64,000 bases of DNA from Acidobacteriota bacterium (GTDB lineage: Bacteria > Acidobacteriota > UBA6911 > RPQK01 > JAJDTT01): positions 3,968,001 through 4,032,000 of the forward strand of contig OZ242374.1 of assembly GCA_965209055.1 (NCBI GenBank), written 5' to 3'. The notes beneath the pieces were generated by a model. The model ran no database searches, was not told where the DNA came from, and worked only from the letters and a program-made list of their open reading frames with translations. Numbering within the stretch: the first letter of the stretch is position 1; each line of letters begins with the position of its first letter. Positions 27,828 to 37,788 of the stretch are shown in pieces. A program made the translations under genes and the position numbers.

Positions 27828-30050
27828 GTGAAGCTTTACAGATCGGGTCGGCCCCTTCAGCGGAGATTCAAGGCAACCATTGCTTTTCCCATCATCTTGG
27901 GGACCCTGTTCGGCTCGAGTTGGATCGGATGCACGCAATCGGAACCGCCGCAACCGCCACCTTCCGCGACAGATTCCGGCACTGAAGAAGCAGCGGAAAC
28001 CAGGGAGCCCGAGCCTCCCGTGGGCTTGACTTTCACCCGGGACATCGCGCCCATCGTCTTCCGGAACTGTTCTCCTTGTCACCGGCCGGGCGGAGCGGGT
28101 CCGTTCGATCTGCTCAGCTACGACGACGTCAAAACGCGGGCCCGGTTGATGGTCGCGGTCACGCAGAGTCGCTTTATGCCTCCCTGGCAGCCCGAGCCCG
28201 GCTATGGAGAATTCATCGGCGAGCGCCGGCTCGGCGATGAGCAGATCGAGATGTTTCAGGAGTGGGTGGCCCAAGGGTCGGTAGAAGGGGATCCGGCCGA
28301 CCTGCCCAGTATCCCGGAGTGGCCCACGGGATGGCTGCTGGGGCCGCCCGATTTGATAGTGACCATGCCCCGGCCATACACCCTGGCCGCCGAGGCCGGC
28401 GCGGCGGGGAAGGACGTCTTTCGCACCTTCGTGCTGCCGGTTCCGCTGGAGTCCATGCGTTACGTCCGGGCGTTGGAATTGAGGCCCGGAAATCCCAAGG
28501 TCGTGCATCACATCGTGGGTGGTGTCGATCCCACACCGCGCTCCCGGCAACGCGACCAGCAGGACCAGACACCCGGTTTCGATGGGATGAGGTCCACGCA
28601 GACGGCTCGTCCGCCCGGAGGCCATATCCTGGTCTGGACCCCTGGAAAGGTCCCCACGGAGTACGCCGAGGGCTTGGCCTGGGGACTCCGGGAGGGGACC
28701 GATCTGGTGCTGGAACTGCACATGCAACCGTCAGGCCGGCCGGAACCGGTTCAGCCCAGCGTCGGTCTTTATTTCAGTGAAGAGGCGCCCACCAAGACCC
28801 CGTTCATCCTGATTCTGGGCTCCGTCGCCATCGATATTCCGGCGGGCAGCAAGGACCACCGGGTCGAAGACAGCTATGTGCTGCCGGTGGACGTGCAGGT
28901 GACGAGTCTCTATCCGCACGCCCATTTCCTGGGCAAGCAGATGGAGGTCTTCGCGCGCCTTCCCGACGGGAGCCGGCGCTGGCTCCTCTACATCAAGGAT
29001 TGGGACTTCAACTGGCAGGACGATTATCTCTACTCTGAGCCCGTCTCGCTCCCGCGCGGCACCGAACTGACCATGCGCTACAGCTACGACAACTCGGCCG
29101 ACAATGTTCGCAATCCTCACAATCCGCCCCGGCGAGTGGTCTACGGCCCCAATTCCTTCGATGAGATGGGCGAGGTGTGGATCCAGATGTTGACCCGGGA
29201 CCAAGGCGACCGGACAACGCTGCAGAGTGATTATCGGCGCAAACAACTCGACCTGGGCATTGCCGGCTTCCGGCATTCCCTGGACACCAGGCCCCAGGAC
29301 GCCAAGACCCATCTGCAACTGGGTCAGGCACTGTACGTCCAGGGAAAGATCGACGAGGCCATCAAGCATTTTCGCCAGGCGCTGGACTTGCAACCTGTCA
29401 GCGCAGAAACGCACGCCTATCTGGCCAACGCCCTGATGCAAAAGGCCAATCCGGAGCAGGCGATTCGGCATTATTCCCGGGCGTTGGAGATCAAACCGGA
29501 CTTTGTGGAGGCTCACCTGCATGCCGCCAACGCGCTGATGGGGATCGGAAGACACGCTCTAGCGGAAGGGCACTATGCGCGAGTCGTCGAATTGAAAGGC
29601 GGCCACGCCTTCGCCCGCTACATGCAGGCCATGGCGCTGATCCGGCTGGGCCGCTACCGGTCCGCCCGGTCCCGCCTGGAAGAGGGCCGCCGGGCGTTGC
29701 CCGGCGATATCGACATCACTCACGCCCTGGCCCGGCTTCTGGCGGCGGCTCCCGACGACAGCGTCCGCAACGGATCGCTGGCCCTGCAGCTGTTGCAGCA
29801 GGTGTTTCAAGCCCAGGAGGAAGTCTCCTTCGAACACGTTGAAACACTGGCGATGGCCTTCGCGGAGACGGGGCAGTTCCAGCGGGCGGTTCAGATGCAG
29901 CAGGCCATGATCGAGGACGTCAGCCGGGGCGGCCGATTGGATCTTGCCCAAATGCTGCAGGAGAATCTGGGCCGGTATCGCCGGGGACAGCCCTGCCGAC
30001 AGCCGTGGAAGGACGATGATCCGGTCTTTTCACCGCTTCCGGGGGAATAG
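27828..30050 (+). CDS. Lipoprotein: cytochrome c + copper type II (PHM/DBH-like) monooxygenase + TPR
   Basis: WIGC lipobox; CSPCH and MPPW; VVHH, LELH, HAH, DEM copper-ligand pattern; WDFNWQ; TPRs; C-terminal QPCRQPWKDDDPVFSP. Confidence 0.85.
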   Translation: MKLYRSGRPLQRRFKATIAFPIILGTLFGSSWIGCTQSEPPQPPPSATDSGTEEAAETREPEPPVGLTFTRDIAPIVFRNCSPCHRPGGAGPFDLLSYDDVKTRARLMVAVTQSRFMPPWQPEPGYGEFIGERRLGDEQIEMFQEWVAQGSVEGDPADLPSIPEWPTGWLLGPPDLIVTMPRPYTLAAEAGAAGKDVFRTFVLPVPLESMRYVRALELRPGNPKVVHHIVGGVDPTPRSRQRDQQDQTPGFDGMRSTQTARPPGGHILVWTPGKVPTEYAEGLAWGLREGTDLVLELHMQPSGRPEPVQPSVGLYFSEEAPTKTPFILILGSVAIDIPAGSKDHRVEDSYVLPVDVQVTSLYPHAHFLGKQMEVFARLPDGSRRWLLYIKDWDFNWQDDYLYSEPVSLPRGTELTMRYSYDNSADNVRNPHNPPRRVVYGPNSFDEMGEVWIQMLTRDQGDRTTLQSDYRRKQLDLGIAGFRHSLDTRPQDAKTHLQLGQALYVQGKIDEAIKHFRQALDLQPVSAETHAYLANALMQKANPEQAIRHYSRALEIKPDFVEAHLHAANALMGIGRHALAEGHYARVVELKGGHAFARYMQAMALIRLGRYRSARSRLEEGRRALPGDIDITHALARLLAAAPDDSVRNGSLALQLLQQVFQAQEEVSFEHVETLAMAFAETGQFQRAVQMQQAMIEDVSRGGRLDLAQMLQENLGRYRRGQPCRQPWKDDDPVFSPLPGE

Positions 30051-30072
30051 GGGGGACAGGAATGTCCCCCCT
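30049..30072. terminator. Perfect hairpin between convergent genes (terminator or REP-like)
   Basis: AGGGGGGACA-ggaa-TGTCCCCCCT, 10 bp stem. Confidence 0.55.
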
Positions 30073-30075
30073 CAT

Positions 30076-33000
30076 TCACCAGGCGATCCTTAGCCGGAAC
30101 TGAATAATTCGGGCGAGAGCCGTATTGCGATATCGTGCGAAGGCGCTTGGGTTCGCGAGGGAATAGCTCGGGCTATAGAACTGCGCCCGGTTGAAGATAT
30201 TGAAAATTTCTGTCCCGAACTCCAGACGCACTCCCTCCAGGACCTGAAAGTCCTTCAGGATCGACAGGTTCTCGGTCGAGTATCCGAATTTGCGAATGTC
30301 CGGCAACTGTCGGGTGTCCGCAAATCCGATCACTCGATTCTCAGGCGCAAAGGCGTCCACGTTGAGCGTGTTTTTCTGCGAGCCGTTGGGATCGTAGCTC
30401 CCATGGCTGACCCCGCCGCCCAAGCCTCTTCCCGTGCGATTGACTCGCCCCAGATCGATGGGGTCTCCCGACATGTAGTTGTGCCACCCCATGACCCGCC
30501 ATCTCCCGATGAAGTGGTTGAGCACGGTGGAGGCGTCGGCACCCCATTTCTGACCCCGGCCGAAGGGCAACTGCCAGGTCCAGGTCAGGGCCATGTTGTG
30601 GGTTCGATCATAAGGCGTCAGGAAATTGACATTGCCCCCTCCGTACCCCTCATGCGAGACACCGGGAGCGCCGAATACACCATAACCTCGGCCCGTGGCA
30701 ATGTTCTTGGAAAGGGTGTACGCCAGCAGAAAACTGAGTCCCCCGCCAAAACGCTTCTGGGCACTGATGTTGGCGGCATGGTAGGAGGTATTCCCTCCGT
30801 GGGCGCCTCTCAGGTTGACTCCCGTGTATTGGGGATAGGGACGCGAAGCCTGCCGGACACTACCGGTGAACCCGGCATAGGGCACGCCGACGCCGGTCGC
30901 CATGCCTGCGGGGGAGGACAACGGCTGATCGATGACCGGTCCCAGCCTGAAGATCCCGGGCGGCACCTCGTTGCGTTCCCAATTCAAGCGGTAATGGCGG
31001 CCCATTTTGCCGACGTAGTCCCCCTTGAGCAGGAGATTCCACCCGACCTCCCTTTCAATCCCGAAACCGAAGTTATTGCTGGTGGTCCACTTGTTGTCCT
31101 GGGGATGAATCCAGTGCACCGCGGTCCCGTTGGCCAGGGTCGGGTCGAGGTTGGGAAGACTGGCGACGATCTGGAGTCCTTCGGCCGGAAACCCGTCGTT
31201 CCAGTTGAAGGCCGGAGTCACGCCTCCATCGGTCGAGCTGTAGCGTGGCTCGGCGGCCCACCCCAGAGCCGCTACATTCCCACCGCCCTGCAACTCGGCG
31301 CCCGGATTGGCGTAGGTGATTCCCGCGTAAGCTCGAATCACGGTCCTGTCGTCCAAGGCGTAGGCCAGACCAATACGGGGCGACCAGGCGCCCCAATCCC
31401 GATCGTAGGCCCGGGTTCGACCGTTTCGCCCCGGTCCCTCGCCGTTGAAAGTCAAGGCGCCCAGACGTCCGTCCGCCCCGGCATTGGGAATGTCGGGACT
31501 GAAGTAGCCCATCCGGTGATAGGTTTCGCCGAAGGGGGTCCACCAGTTGTATCGAAGCCCGTAATTGACGGTCAGTTGGCGGGTGGCGCGCCACGTATCC
31601 TGCAAATAGATGGCATAGACGCGATTGTTGACCCTCTTGTTGTCAGAAGGCCTCATGAAGGCGGTGTTCACTTCGCCCAACAGGTAGCTGGCCCAGCCGC
31701 GGCCGGTCAGCGCGATATCGGGGAATGCGGAGACGTTGCCTCCCGCATCCATCTGGTTGCCGCCGGCCAATCCCGTCGTGATGTCGCTGAAGGTGAAATT
31801 GCCGTTGGTGAAAATCTGGACGTTCCGTCCCACGGCGGCATACCTGCCCTGGATGCCGAACTTGTAGTTGTGGCTCCCTTTGACCCAGGTCAGATCCGTG
31901 TAAACCGGGTAGGTGAACTCGGGCATGAAGAGGTTCAGGAAGAGGAAGCCGAATCCGGAGGCGCCCTGGATGTTGGTGAAGGGAGTATCGGGCGTCACCA
32001 AGCCGGTGAGTCCCGAATCCCGCCCATGAGTGTTCCCCGGCTTGCCGATCTCCCGAGGGACTCCCTGGCCGGCAAAGCGCAAACTGAAGAGCACGTTGGG
32101 CCGCAAGGTGTAGTAATTCGAGAACCGGTAGCGGAACTGTTTGCCCAGCGTCAAGTGGGTGGTATTGATCTTCTGGTCGTAGGCGGCATTCCCGGGCCAG
32201 ACGACGTCCTTCCGGTGCCAGTCCATCCCGAACGAGAATTTGTAGTTGTCGGTAAACTTGTGGTCCGTCTTCAGGGTCAGCTTGTCGATGTCCTGCTCGC
32301 CCTTGTCCAGGGGGCCGACATGGTTGTTCACCGTGCCGGGCCGGTTGGGCATCGGGACGCTGTCCTGAAACGCGGCCGAAATGGAGCTGATCCGGTCGCG
32401 GGGGATGACGTTGCCTGGGAACGGATCCCGAATGAATCCTCCATGTCCGTCCGGCCGGGTGGTGGCCGGATCGTAGATCTGGCCCTGCATGATGGGTCTT
32501 CCCAGGACATCGGTCCCGATCTGACCACCCAGGAACTCGCTGAAGTCCCCACCCCGCATCAACGCCGTGGGAACGGTCGAGGTCTGGCCGCCGGCCGTCC
32601 GCCGCTCGCGGTATCCGGTATAGCTGGCCAGAAAGAAGTGCCTGTCCTGGATGATCTTCCCGCCGACGACGGCTCCGAACTCGTTCTGCCGGTGCGGGTT
32701 GACGTCTGCCGCGAACCACTGGCGGGCGTCCAGGACGTCATTCCGGAAGTACTCGAAAAGGCTGCCGTGGAACTCGTTGGTTCCCGATTTCATGACCATT
32801 TCCACGCTCGAGCCCATGTTCCAGCCGTGCTCGGCGTTGACGTTGGCCACCGTTCGAAACTCGCTGATGACCTCGGGAATCAGCCCCGAATCCTCCCTCA
32901 TGCCGAAGTTGTTGGCGGGACTGGAGTAGATCCCGTCGATGTTGGTGCTCATGACCCCCACGACCCCGTGGATGTAGCCCCGGTCGGTGGTGTCGGTCTC

Positions 33001-33528
33001 CTTGCCATAGGGATCGTAAGAGAAACCGGGCAACGTCCGAGTGAAGGACAGACTGTGCCGGGCCCCCTGGTTGACCGCCATGGGGAGTTCCTCGATCTCC
33101 TCGACCACCCGGGTGAGGCCTGCGCTGGAGGATTGGTTGTCGACGGCCAGGGCCTGACTTTCCACCGTCACGGTGTCGACCACTTCTCCAATGGGCATGG
33201 TGATGTCGAGCGTTATGGCCAAGCCGGAAACCACGCGGACGCCCACTTGTTCGATGGTCTTGAATCCAGGGAGACTCGCGCTGATCGTATAGGACCCGAT
33301 GGGCAGGCCTGGAAAAGAGTAGTCTCCCGCTTCGCTGCTGATGGTCGCGGTCTCGAGGCCGGTCGCTTCATCGCGGGCCGTCACGTCGACGCCCGGAATG
33401 CGCGCCCCGGTCTCGTCGGCGATGGCCCCCGCAATCCTGCCGAAGTTGTCCTGGGCCATGACCGGGAGGGATACCAGCAGAAGAATCAGCGGCAGGATGA
33501 TCCTGACTGAAGAGAGATAAGGCTGCAT
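30076..33528 (-). CDS. TonB-dependent receptor, Oar/carboxypeptidase-regulatory-like type
   Basis: RBS TAAGGAGG; signal peptide; GRIAGAIADETGARIPG, KSGTNEFHGSLFEYFRNDVLDA, YLQDTWRAT..LTVNYGLRY, SPRIGLAY, RIIQFRLRIAW. Confidence 0.94.
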   Translation of the reverse strand: MQPYLSSVRIILPLILLLVSLPVMAQDNFGRIAGAIADETGARIPGVDVTARDEATGLETATISSEAGDYSFPGLPIGSYTISASLPGFKTIEQVGVRVVSGLAITLDITMPIGEVVDTVTVESQALAVDNQSSSAGLTRVVEEIEELPMAVNQGARHSLSFTRTLPGFSYDPYGKETDTTDRGYIHGVVGVMSTNIDGIYSSPANNFGMREDSGLIPEVISEFRTVANVNAEHGWNMGSSVEMVMKSGTNEFHGSLFEYFRNDVLDARQWFAADVNPHRQNEFGAVVGGKIIQDRHFFLASYTGYRERRTAGGQTSTVPTALMRGGDFSEFLGGQIGTDVLGRPIMQGQIYDPATTRPDGHGGFIRDPFPGNVIPRDRISSISAAFQDSVPMPNRPGTVNNHVGPLDKGEQDIDKLTLKTDHKFTDNYKFSFGMDWHRKDVVWPGNAAYDQKINTTHLTLGKQFRYRFSNYYTLRPNVLFSLRFAGQGVPREIGKPGNTHGRDSGLTGLVTPDTPFTNIQGASGFGFLFLNLFMPEFTYPVYTDLTWVKGSHNYKFGIQGRYAAVGRNVQIFTNGNFTFSDITTGLAGGNQMDAGGNVSAFPDIALTGRGWASYLLGEVNTAFMRPSDNKRVNNRVYAIYLQDTWRATRQLTVNYGLRYNWWTPFGETYHRMGYFSPDIPNAGADGRLGALTFNGEGPGRNGRTRAYDRDWGAWSPRIGLAYALDDRTVIRAYAGITYANPGAELQGGGNVAALGWAAEPRYSSTDGGVTPAFNWNDGFPAEGLQIVASLPNLDPTLANGTAVHWIHPQDNKWTTSNNFGFGIEREVGWNLLLKGDYVGKMGRHYRLNWERNEVPPGIFRLGPVIDQPLSSPAGMATGVGVPYAGFTGSVRQASRPYPQYTGVNLRGAHGGNTSYHAANISAQKRFGGGLSFLLAYTLSKNIATGRGYGVFGAPGVSHEGYGGGNVNFLTPYDRTHNMALTWTWQLPFGRGQKWGADASTVLNHFIGRWRVMGWHNYMSGDPIDLGRVNRTGRGLGGGVSHGSYDPNGSQKNTLNVDAFAPENRVIGFADTRQLPDIRKFGYSTENLSILKDFQVLEGVRLEFGTEIFNIFNRAQFYSPSYSLANPSAFARYRNTALARIIQFRLRIAW

Positions 33529-33592
33529 TGTCGCGTCCTCCTTAGGGACGGAAGTGGAGTAGGTGGAAAGTGGATTCCACAAGATGTTGCGG

Positions 33593-33622
33593 ACGCTACC
33601 TGATTCCGTCAAAAAAAGTCAA
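33593..33622 (-). promoter_or_regulatory. Possible sigma70 promoter for TonB receptor
   Basis: TTGACT-18 nt-TAGCGT on the minus strand in an AT-rich divergent spacer. Confidence 0.3.
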
Positions 33623-33813
33623 GCACAAATCGTGTCCGCACTTTCTCAAACTTATTGGACGTTTACATGAGCAGTTGATGCACATCGGCGGGATGGTCTC
33701 AACTCTGCTGTACAACATCCATGCCACGGCCTTGCGAGAATCTGCCGGACTGCGGTCGCAATCACGTAGAATCGGGAATCAGGCGTCTCTTTAACCTGAC
33801 TGGGGGTAAGGCG

Positions 33814-35844
33814 GTGAAGCTTTACGGGCCGGATCGGCCTCTCGGGGAGAGATTCAAGGCAGGCGCGGTCTTTCCGCTCTTGATGGGGGCGTTGTTCAGC
33901 TCGATCTGGATGGGGTGCACACAACCCGACTCTCTTCAGACAGCCCCGCCGCCTCCCGAGTCAAGCGTAGAAGACTCGCTGAAAACTTATGCGCCCCGGC
34001 CGGCCGGCAGCTTGACCTTCCACCGGGACATCGCTCCCCTGGTGTTCGAGAACTGCGCGCCCTGTCACCGGCCCGGGGGATCGGGTCCGTTCAACCTGCT
34101 CGGCTACGACGACATCAGCCGCCGGCGAAATCAGATCGTCACCGTCACGCAGAGCCGTTACATGCCGCCCTGGCAACCCGAGCCGGGATACGGGGAGTTC
34201 ATCGGCGAGCGCCGCCTGAATGCGGATCAGGTCGGGATGTTGTCCCAGTGGGTGGCCGAGGGGGCGATCGAAGGAAATCCGGAAGATGCCCCGGAGGTGC
34301 CGGAATGGCCGTCCGGCTGGCATCTGGGTGAGCCGGACCTGGTTCTCACCATGCCTCGGCCCTATACCTTGGCGGCTGATGGTCCGGACGTCTTCCGGAT
34401 GTTCGTGATACCGGTTCCCTTGAAGTCAAGCCGTTTCGTCCGTGCCTTGGAAATACGCCCCGGCAACTCCAAGGTGGTGCATCATGCGGTGGGACTGGTC
34501 GACACGACCCGGCGCTGCCGGAACCTGGACGCGGAGGATCCCGTTCCCGGCTTCGAAGGCATGAGGTCCACCGAGTTCGCTCGCGCCCCCGACGGCAACT
34601 TTTTGGGGTGGACGCCCGGCAAGATTCCGACGGAGAGCGCCGGAGGGAGGACCTGGCGGCTGAAGAAGGGGACAGACCTGGTCATGGAACTGCACATGAT
34701 GCCCTCCGGCAAACCGGAACCGATTCAGCCCAGCGTGGGGCTCTATTTCAGTGACGAGGCCCCGGCCAAGTCCTCCTTCATCATCGGGCTGGGATCCCGG
34801 ACCATCGACATTGCCCCGGGGGAGAAGGAGTATTGGATCGAGGACAGTTATGTCCTGCCGGTGGCCGTGGAGCTTCTGGGCGTTTACCCGCATGCCCACT
34901 ATCTGGGGAAACGGATGCGCGCCTTTGCACAGCTTCCCGACGGCAGCAGGCGGTGGCTCGTCTACATCAAGGAGTGGGACTTCAATTGGCAGGACGAATA
35001 CGTCTACCGTGAGCCGATTTCTCTGCCGCAGGGAACCCGTCTGACCATGCAGTACAGTTACGACAACTCTGCGGAAAACATTCGCAATCCCCACAACCCG
35101 CCGCGGCGGGTGGTCTACGGCCCCAATTCCAGCGATGAGATGGGGGACCTGTGGCTCCAGGTATCGGCGGAAAACAGAAATGACCTGCTGACCCTGCAGA
35201 TCGACTACCGCGCCAAGGAGCGTGACCGGTTCATTGCCGGCTACCGGCACGCCTTGCAGATCAAGCCGGGGGATGCCCGGACGCACGACCACCTGGGACA
35301 GGTGCTTCAGGCGCGGGGAAGGGTTGAGGATGCCATCGGCCACTATCGTCAAGCGCTGAAACTCCGTCCGGGTTATGCGGAGACCCACAGCAATCTGGCG
35401 ACCGCCCTGGCGCAGCAGGGTCATACCGAGGAGGCGATCGGCCACTACGGGCAAGCCCTCAAAATCAAGCCGGACCTGCTCGAAGCCCACTACAACCTGG
35501 GCGGAGCCCTGCTGGCCATGGGCCGCACCGGCCAAGCCATCGCCTCCCTGCGGCGAGCCATCCGGATCGAGCCGGAGTTTGCCAGGGCGCACAACAACTT
35601 GGGCATCGCCTTCGCTCAGCAGGAGGATTTGGCCCAGGCGCTGTTCCACTTTGAGCGGGCGGTGAGGATCGATTCGGACTTTGCGGAGGCCCGCAACAAT
35701 CTTGGCAATGCGCTTCTCGCGACCGGGGATTTCAGCCGTGCCGTGTTCGAATACCGGCGCGCCCTTCAGATCGACCCCAGCTATGCGGATGCCGAGCGCA
35801 ACCTGAAGCTGGCGCAGGAACTGCTGCTGACTTCCCCCAATTGA
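33814..35844 (+). CDS. Lipoprotein: cytochrome c + copper type II monooxygenase + TPR (paralog of 27828-30050)
   Basis: GTG start aligned to paralog (MKLYG..); WMGC lipobox; CAPCH, MPPW; VVHH, MELH, HAH, DEM; TPR tail. Confidence 0.85.
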   Translation: MKLYGPDRPLGERFKAGAVFPLLMGALFSSIWMGCTQPDSLQTAPPPPESSVEDSLKTYAPRPAGSLTFHRDIAPLVFENCAPCHRPGGSGPFNLLGYDDISRRRNQIVTVTQSRYMPPWQPEPGYGEFIGERRLNADQVGMLSQWVAEGAIEGNPEDAPEVPEWPSGWHLGEPDLVLTMPRPYTLAADGPDVFRMFVIPVPLKSSRFVRALEIRPGNSKVVHHAVGLVDTTRRCRNLDAEDPVPGFEGMRSTEFARAPDGNFLGWTPGKIPTESAGGRTWRLKKGTDLVMELHMMPSGKPEPIQPSVGLYFSDEAPAKSSFIIGLGSRTIDIAPGEKEYWIEDSYVLPVAVELLGVYPHAHYLGKRMRAFAQLPDGSRRWLVYIKEWDFNWQDEYVYREPISLPQGTRLTMQYSYDNSAENIRNPHNPPRRVVYGPNSSDEMGDLWLQVSAENRNDLLTLQIDYRAKERDRFIAGYRHALQIKPGDARTHDHLGQVLQARGRVEDAIGHYRQALKLRPGYAETHSNLATALAQQGHTEEAIGHYGQALKIKPDLLEAHYNLGGALLAMGRTGQAIASLRRAIRIEPEFARAHNNLGIAFAQQEDLAQALFHFERAVRIDSDFAEARNNLGNALLATGDFSRAVFEYRRALQIDPSYADAERNLKLAQELLLTSPN

Positions 35845-35903
35845 GGGGGTTCGGGTATCCGGTTCTCCACTACGGAATGTGTTCGTAGTGGGATGAGAAA
35901 AGC

Positions 35904-37718
35904 ATGGGCGCTCTCCGAGGGGGTTTCCGGGTCATCCTGATCATCGACGCCCTGCTATCCGTATGTCTTGCCCAGAATCCTCAGCAGGCCGCCGCTCCGG
36001 GGCAGCAAGAAGGAGATTCGACGGCCACCGAAATATTTGTGGATGCCACGCGGGAAGCGGGGATCGATTTCGTCCACTTCAATGGGATGTCGGGAGAACG
36101 CTACCTGTGCGAAATGATGGGACCCGGCGGAGCCTTGTTCGACTATGACAACGACGGCGACCTCGACCTCTACCTGGTCCAGGGCCGCATGCTCGGACCG
36201 GGAAAGACGCTGTCCGATGCCATCTTCCCTCCACCCGATTCCGGACCGTTGATCGACAGGCTCTTCCGAAACGACCTGCGGAAGAACCGGAGCGGCGAAC
36301 GACGATTGCACTTCACCGATGTGACGGAGCAAAGCGGGATCCAGTCCCCGGGCTACGGGATGGGCGTGGCGGCGGGAGACTTCAACAATGACGGATGGAC
36401 CGACCTGTACGTGACCAATTTCGGGCCCAACCAGATGTTTCGGAACAACGGGGACGGGACCTTTACCGATGTGACCGCGGCCACCGGCACGAATGACCCG
36501 CGCTGGAGTGTCAGCGCGGCGTTCGTGGACTACGACCGGGATGGCTGGCTCGACCTTTACGTGGGCAACTACGTCGACTTCAGCTTCTCGAACCACAAGC
36601 GCTGCTTTTCTTTCTCCGACGCGGGCGGCGGCAGCGCACTTGAGTATTGCGACCCCAGCCAATACCAACCGTTGCCGGAGAGCCTGTTCCGCAATCGGGG
36701 GGATGGGACCTTTGAAGATGCCTCCCACAAGGCAACAATTGCGCGGGAATCGAATGGCGCCTTGGGCGTGAGTACGGCCGACTTCAATGGGGACGGCTGG
36801 ATCGACATCTACGTCGCCAATGACAAGCGGCCCAATCACCTCTGGATCAATCAAAAAGACGGCAGTTTCCGGAACGAGGCTTTGCTGAACGGATGCGCCG
36901 TCAGCGGGGAGGGTTTTTCCGAGTCCAGCATGGGTGTTGACGCCGGCGACTTTGACAGTGACGGAGACGAAGATCTCTTCATGACGCACATGTCGCTCAA
37001 CGAGAAGAACACCCTCTATGTCAACCAAGGGAAGGCGTCGTTCAAGGATGCCTCCTACCCGAGCGGGCTGGCCCTTCCCAGCATTCCATTCACCGGATTC
37101 GGAACGGCATTCCTGGACTACGACAATGATGGCCGGCTGGACCTTCTGGCCGTCAATGGACACGTCAAGAATGTCGAGGCGCTGGCGCGGGCCAAGGACC
37201 CCTACCCCTTGCATCAGACCAATCAACTCTTCAGGAATCTGGGGCAGGGAAGATTTCAGGAAGTGACCCGAACTGCCGGGGCCGTGTTCAGGCTGTCGGA
37301 AGTGAGCCGCGGAGCGGCGTTCGGGGATGTGGACAACGACGGAGACACGGACGTTCTGGTCCTCAACAACAGCGGGCGGGCGCGGCTGCTGGCCAATCAA
37401 TCCGGAAGCGTCAACCACTGGATAGGACTGAGGCTTGCCGGCCGGCCGCAGGGCCGGGACATGTTGGGCGCGAGAGTCGCGGTCCTGCTACCCGAGGGCC
37501 GAACCCTGTGGCGCCGGGTCCGCTCGGACGGGAGCTACGCCTCCGCCAATGACCCCAGGGTGCTGGTCGGGCTGGGCCGGGCGGATCGAGTCGAGGCGGT
37601 GCGCGTCTACTGGCCCGACGGACGGGCGGAAGAATGGAAAGAACTGCCGATCAAGACGTATTCAATGTTGGTGCAAGGCGCAGGGACCCGGTTCTCCGTG
37701 CCGCCCCAGCGTCGATAG
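35904..37718 (+). CDS. CRTAC1 family FG-GAP / ASPIC-UnbV protein (paralog of 24164-25939)
   Basis: HFNGMSGE.Y.CEMMGPGG, DxDxDG repeats, ASPIC/UnbV C-terminus. Confidence 0.9.
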   Translation: MGALRGGFRVILIIDALLSVCLAQNPQQAAAPGQQEGDSTATEIFVDATREAGIDFVHFNGMSGERYLCEMMGPGGALFDYDNDGDLDLYLVQGRMLGPGKTLSDAIFPPPDSGPLIDRLFRNDLRKNRSGERRLHFTDVTEQSGIQSPGYGMGVAAGDFNNDGWTDLYVTNFGPNQMFRNNGDGTFTDVTAATGTNDPRWSVSAAFVDYDRDGWLDLYVGNYVDFSFSNHKRCFSFSDAGGGSALEYCDPSQYQPLPESLFRNRGDGTFEDASHKATIARESNGALGVSTADFNGDGWIDIYVANDKRPNHLWINQKDGSFRNEALLNGCAVSGEGFSESSMGVDAGDFDSDGDEDLFMTHMSLNEKNTLYVNQGKASFKDASYPSGLALPSIPFTGFGTAFLDYDNDGRLDLLAVNGHVKNVEALARAKDPYPLHQTNQLFRNLGQGRFQEVTRTAGAVFRLSEVSRGAAFGDVDNDGDTDVLVLNNSGRARLLANQSGSVNHWIGLRLAGRPQGRDMLGARVAVLLPEGRTLWRRVRSDGSYASANDPRVLVGLGRADRVEAVRVYWPDGRAEEWKELPIKTYSMLVQGAGTRFSVPPQRR

Positions 37719-37788
37719 AGACCGGCTCAAGCGGACCGGCCCGATTCTCGGAACGTCTGCCGCAACCGGATCGTCGGTCCGACCGGGT

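Noticed and set aside
27570-28727. Apparent N-terminal extension of the GWxTD protein
   Set aside because: Overlaps the monooxygenase on the other strand; signal peptide begins near 27569
30403-33510. 1035 aa plus-strand ORF
   Set aside because: Antisense shadow of the TonB receptor; no motifs, typical of high-GC DNA
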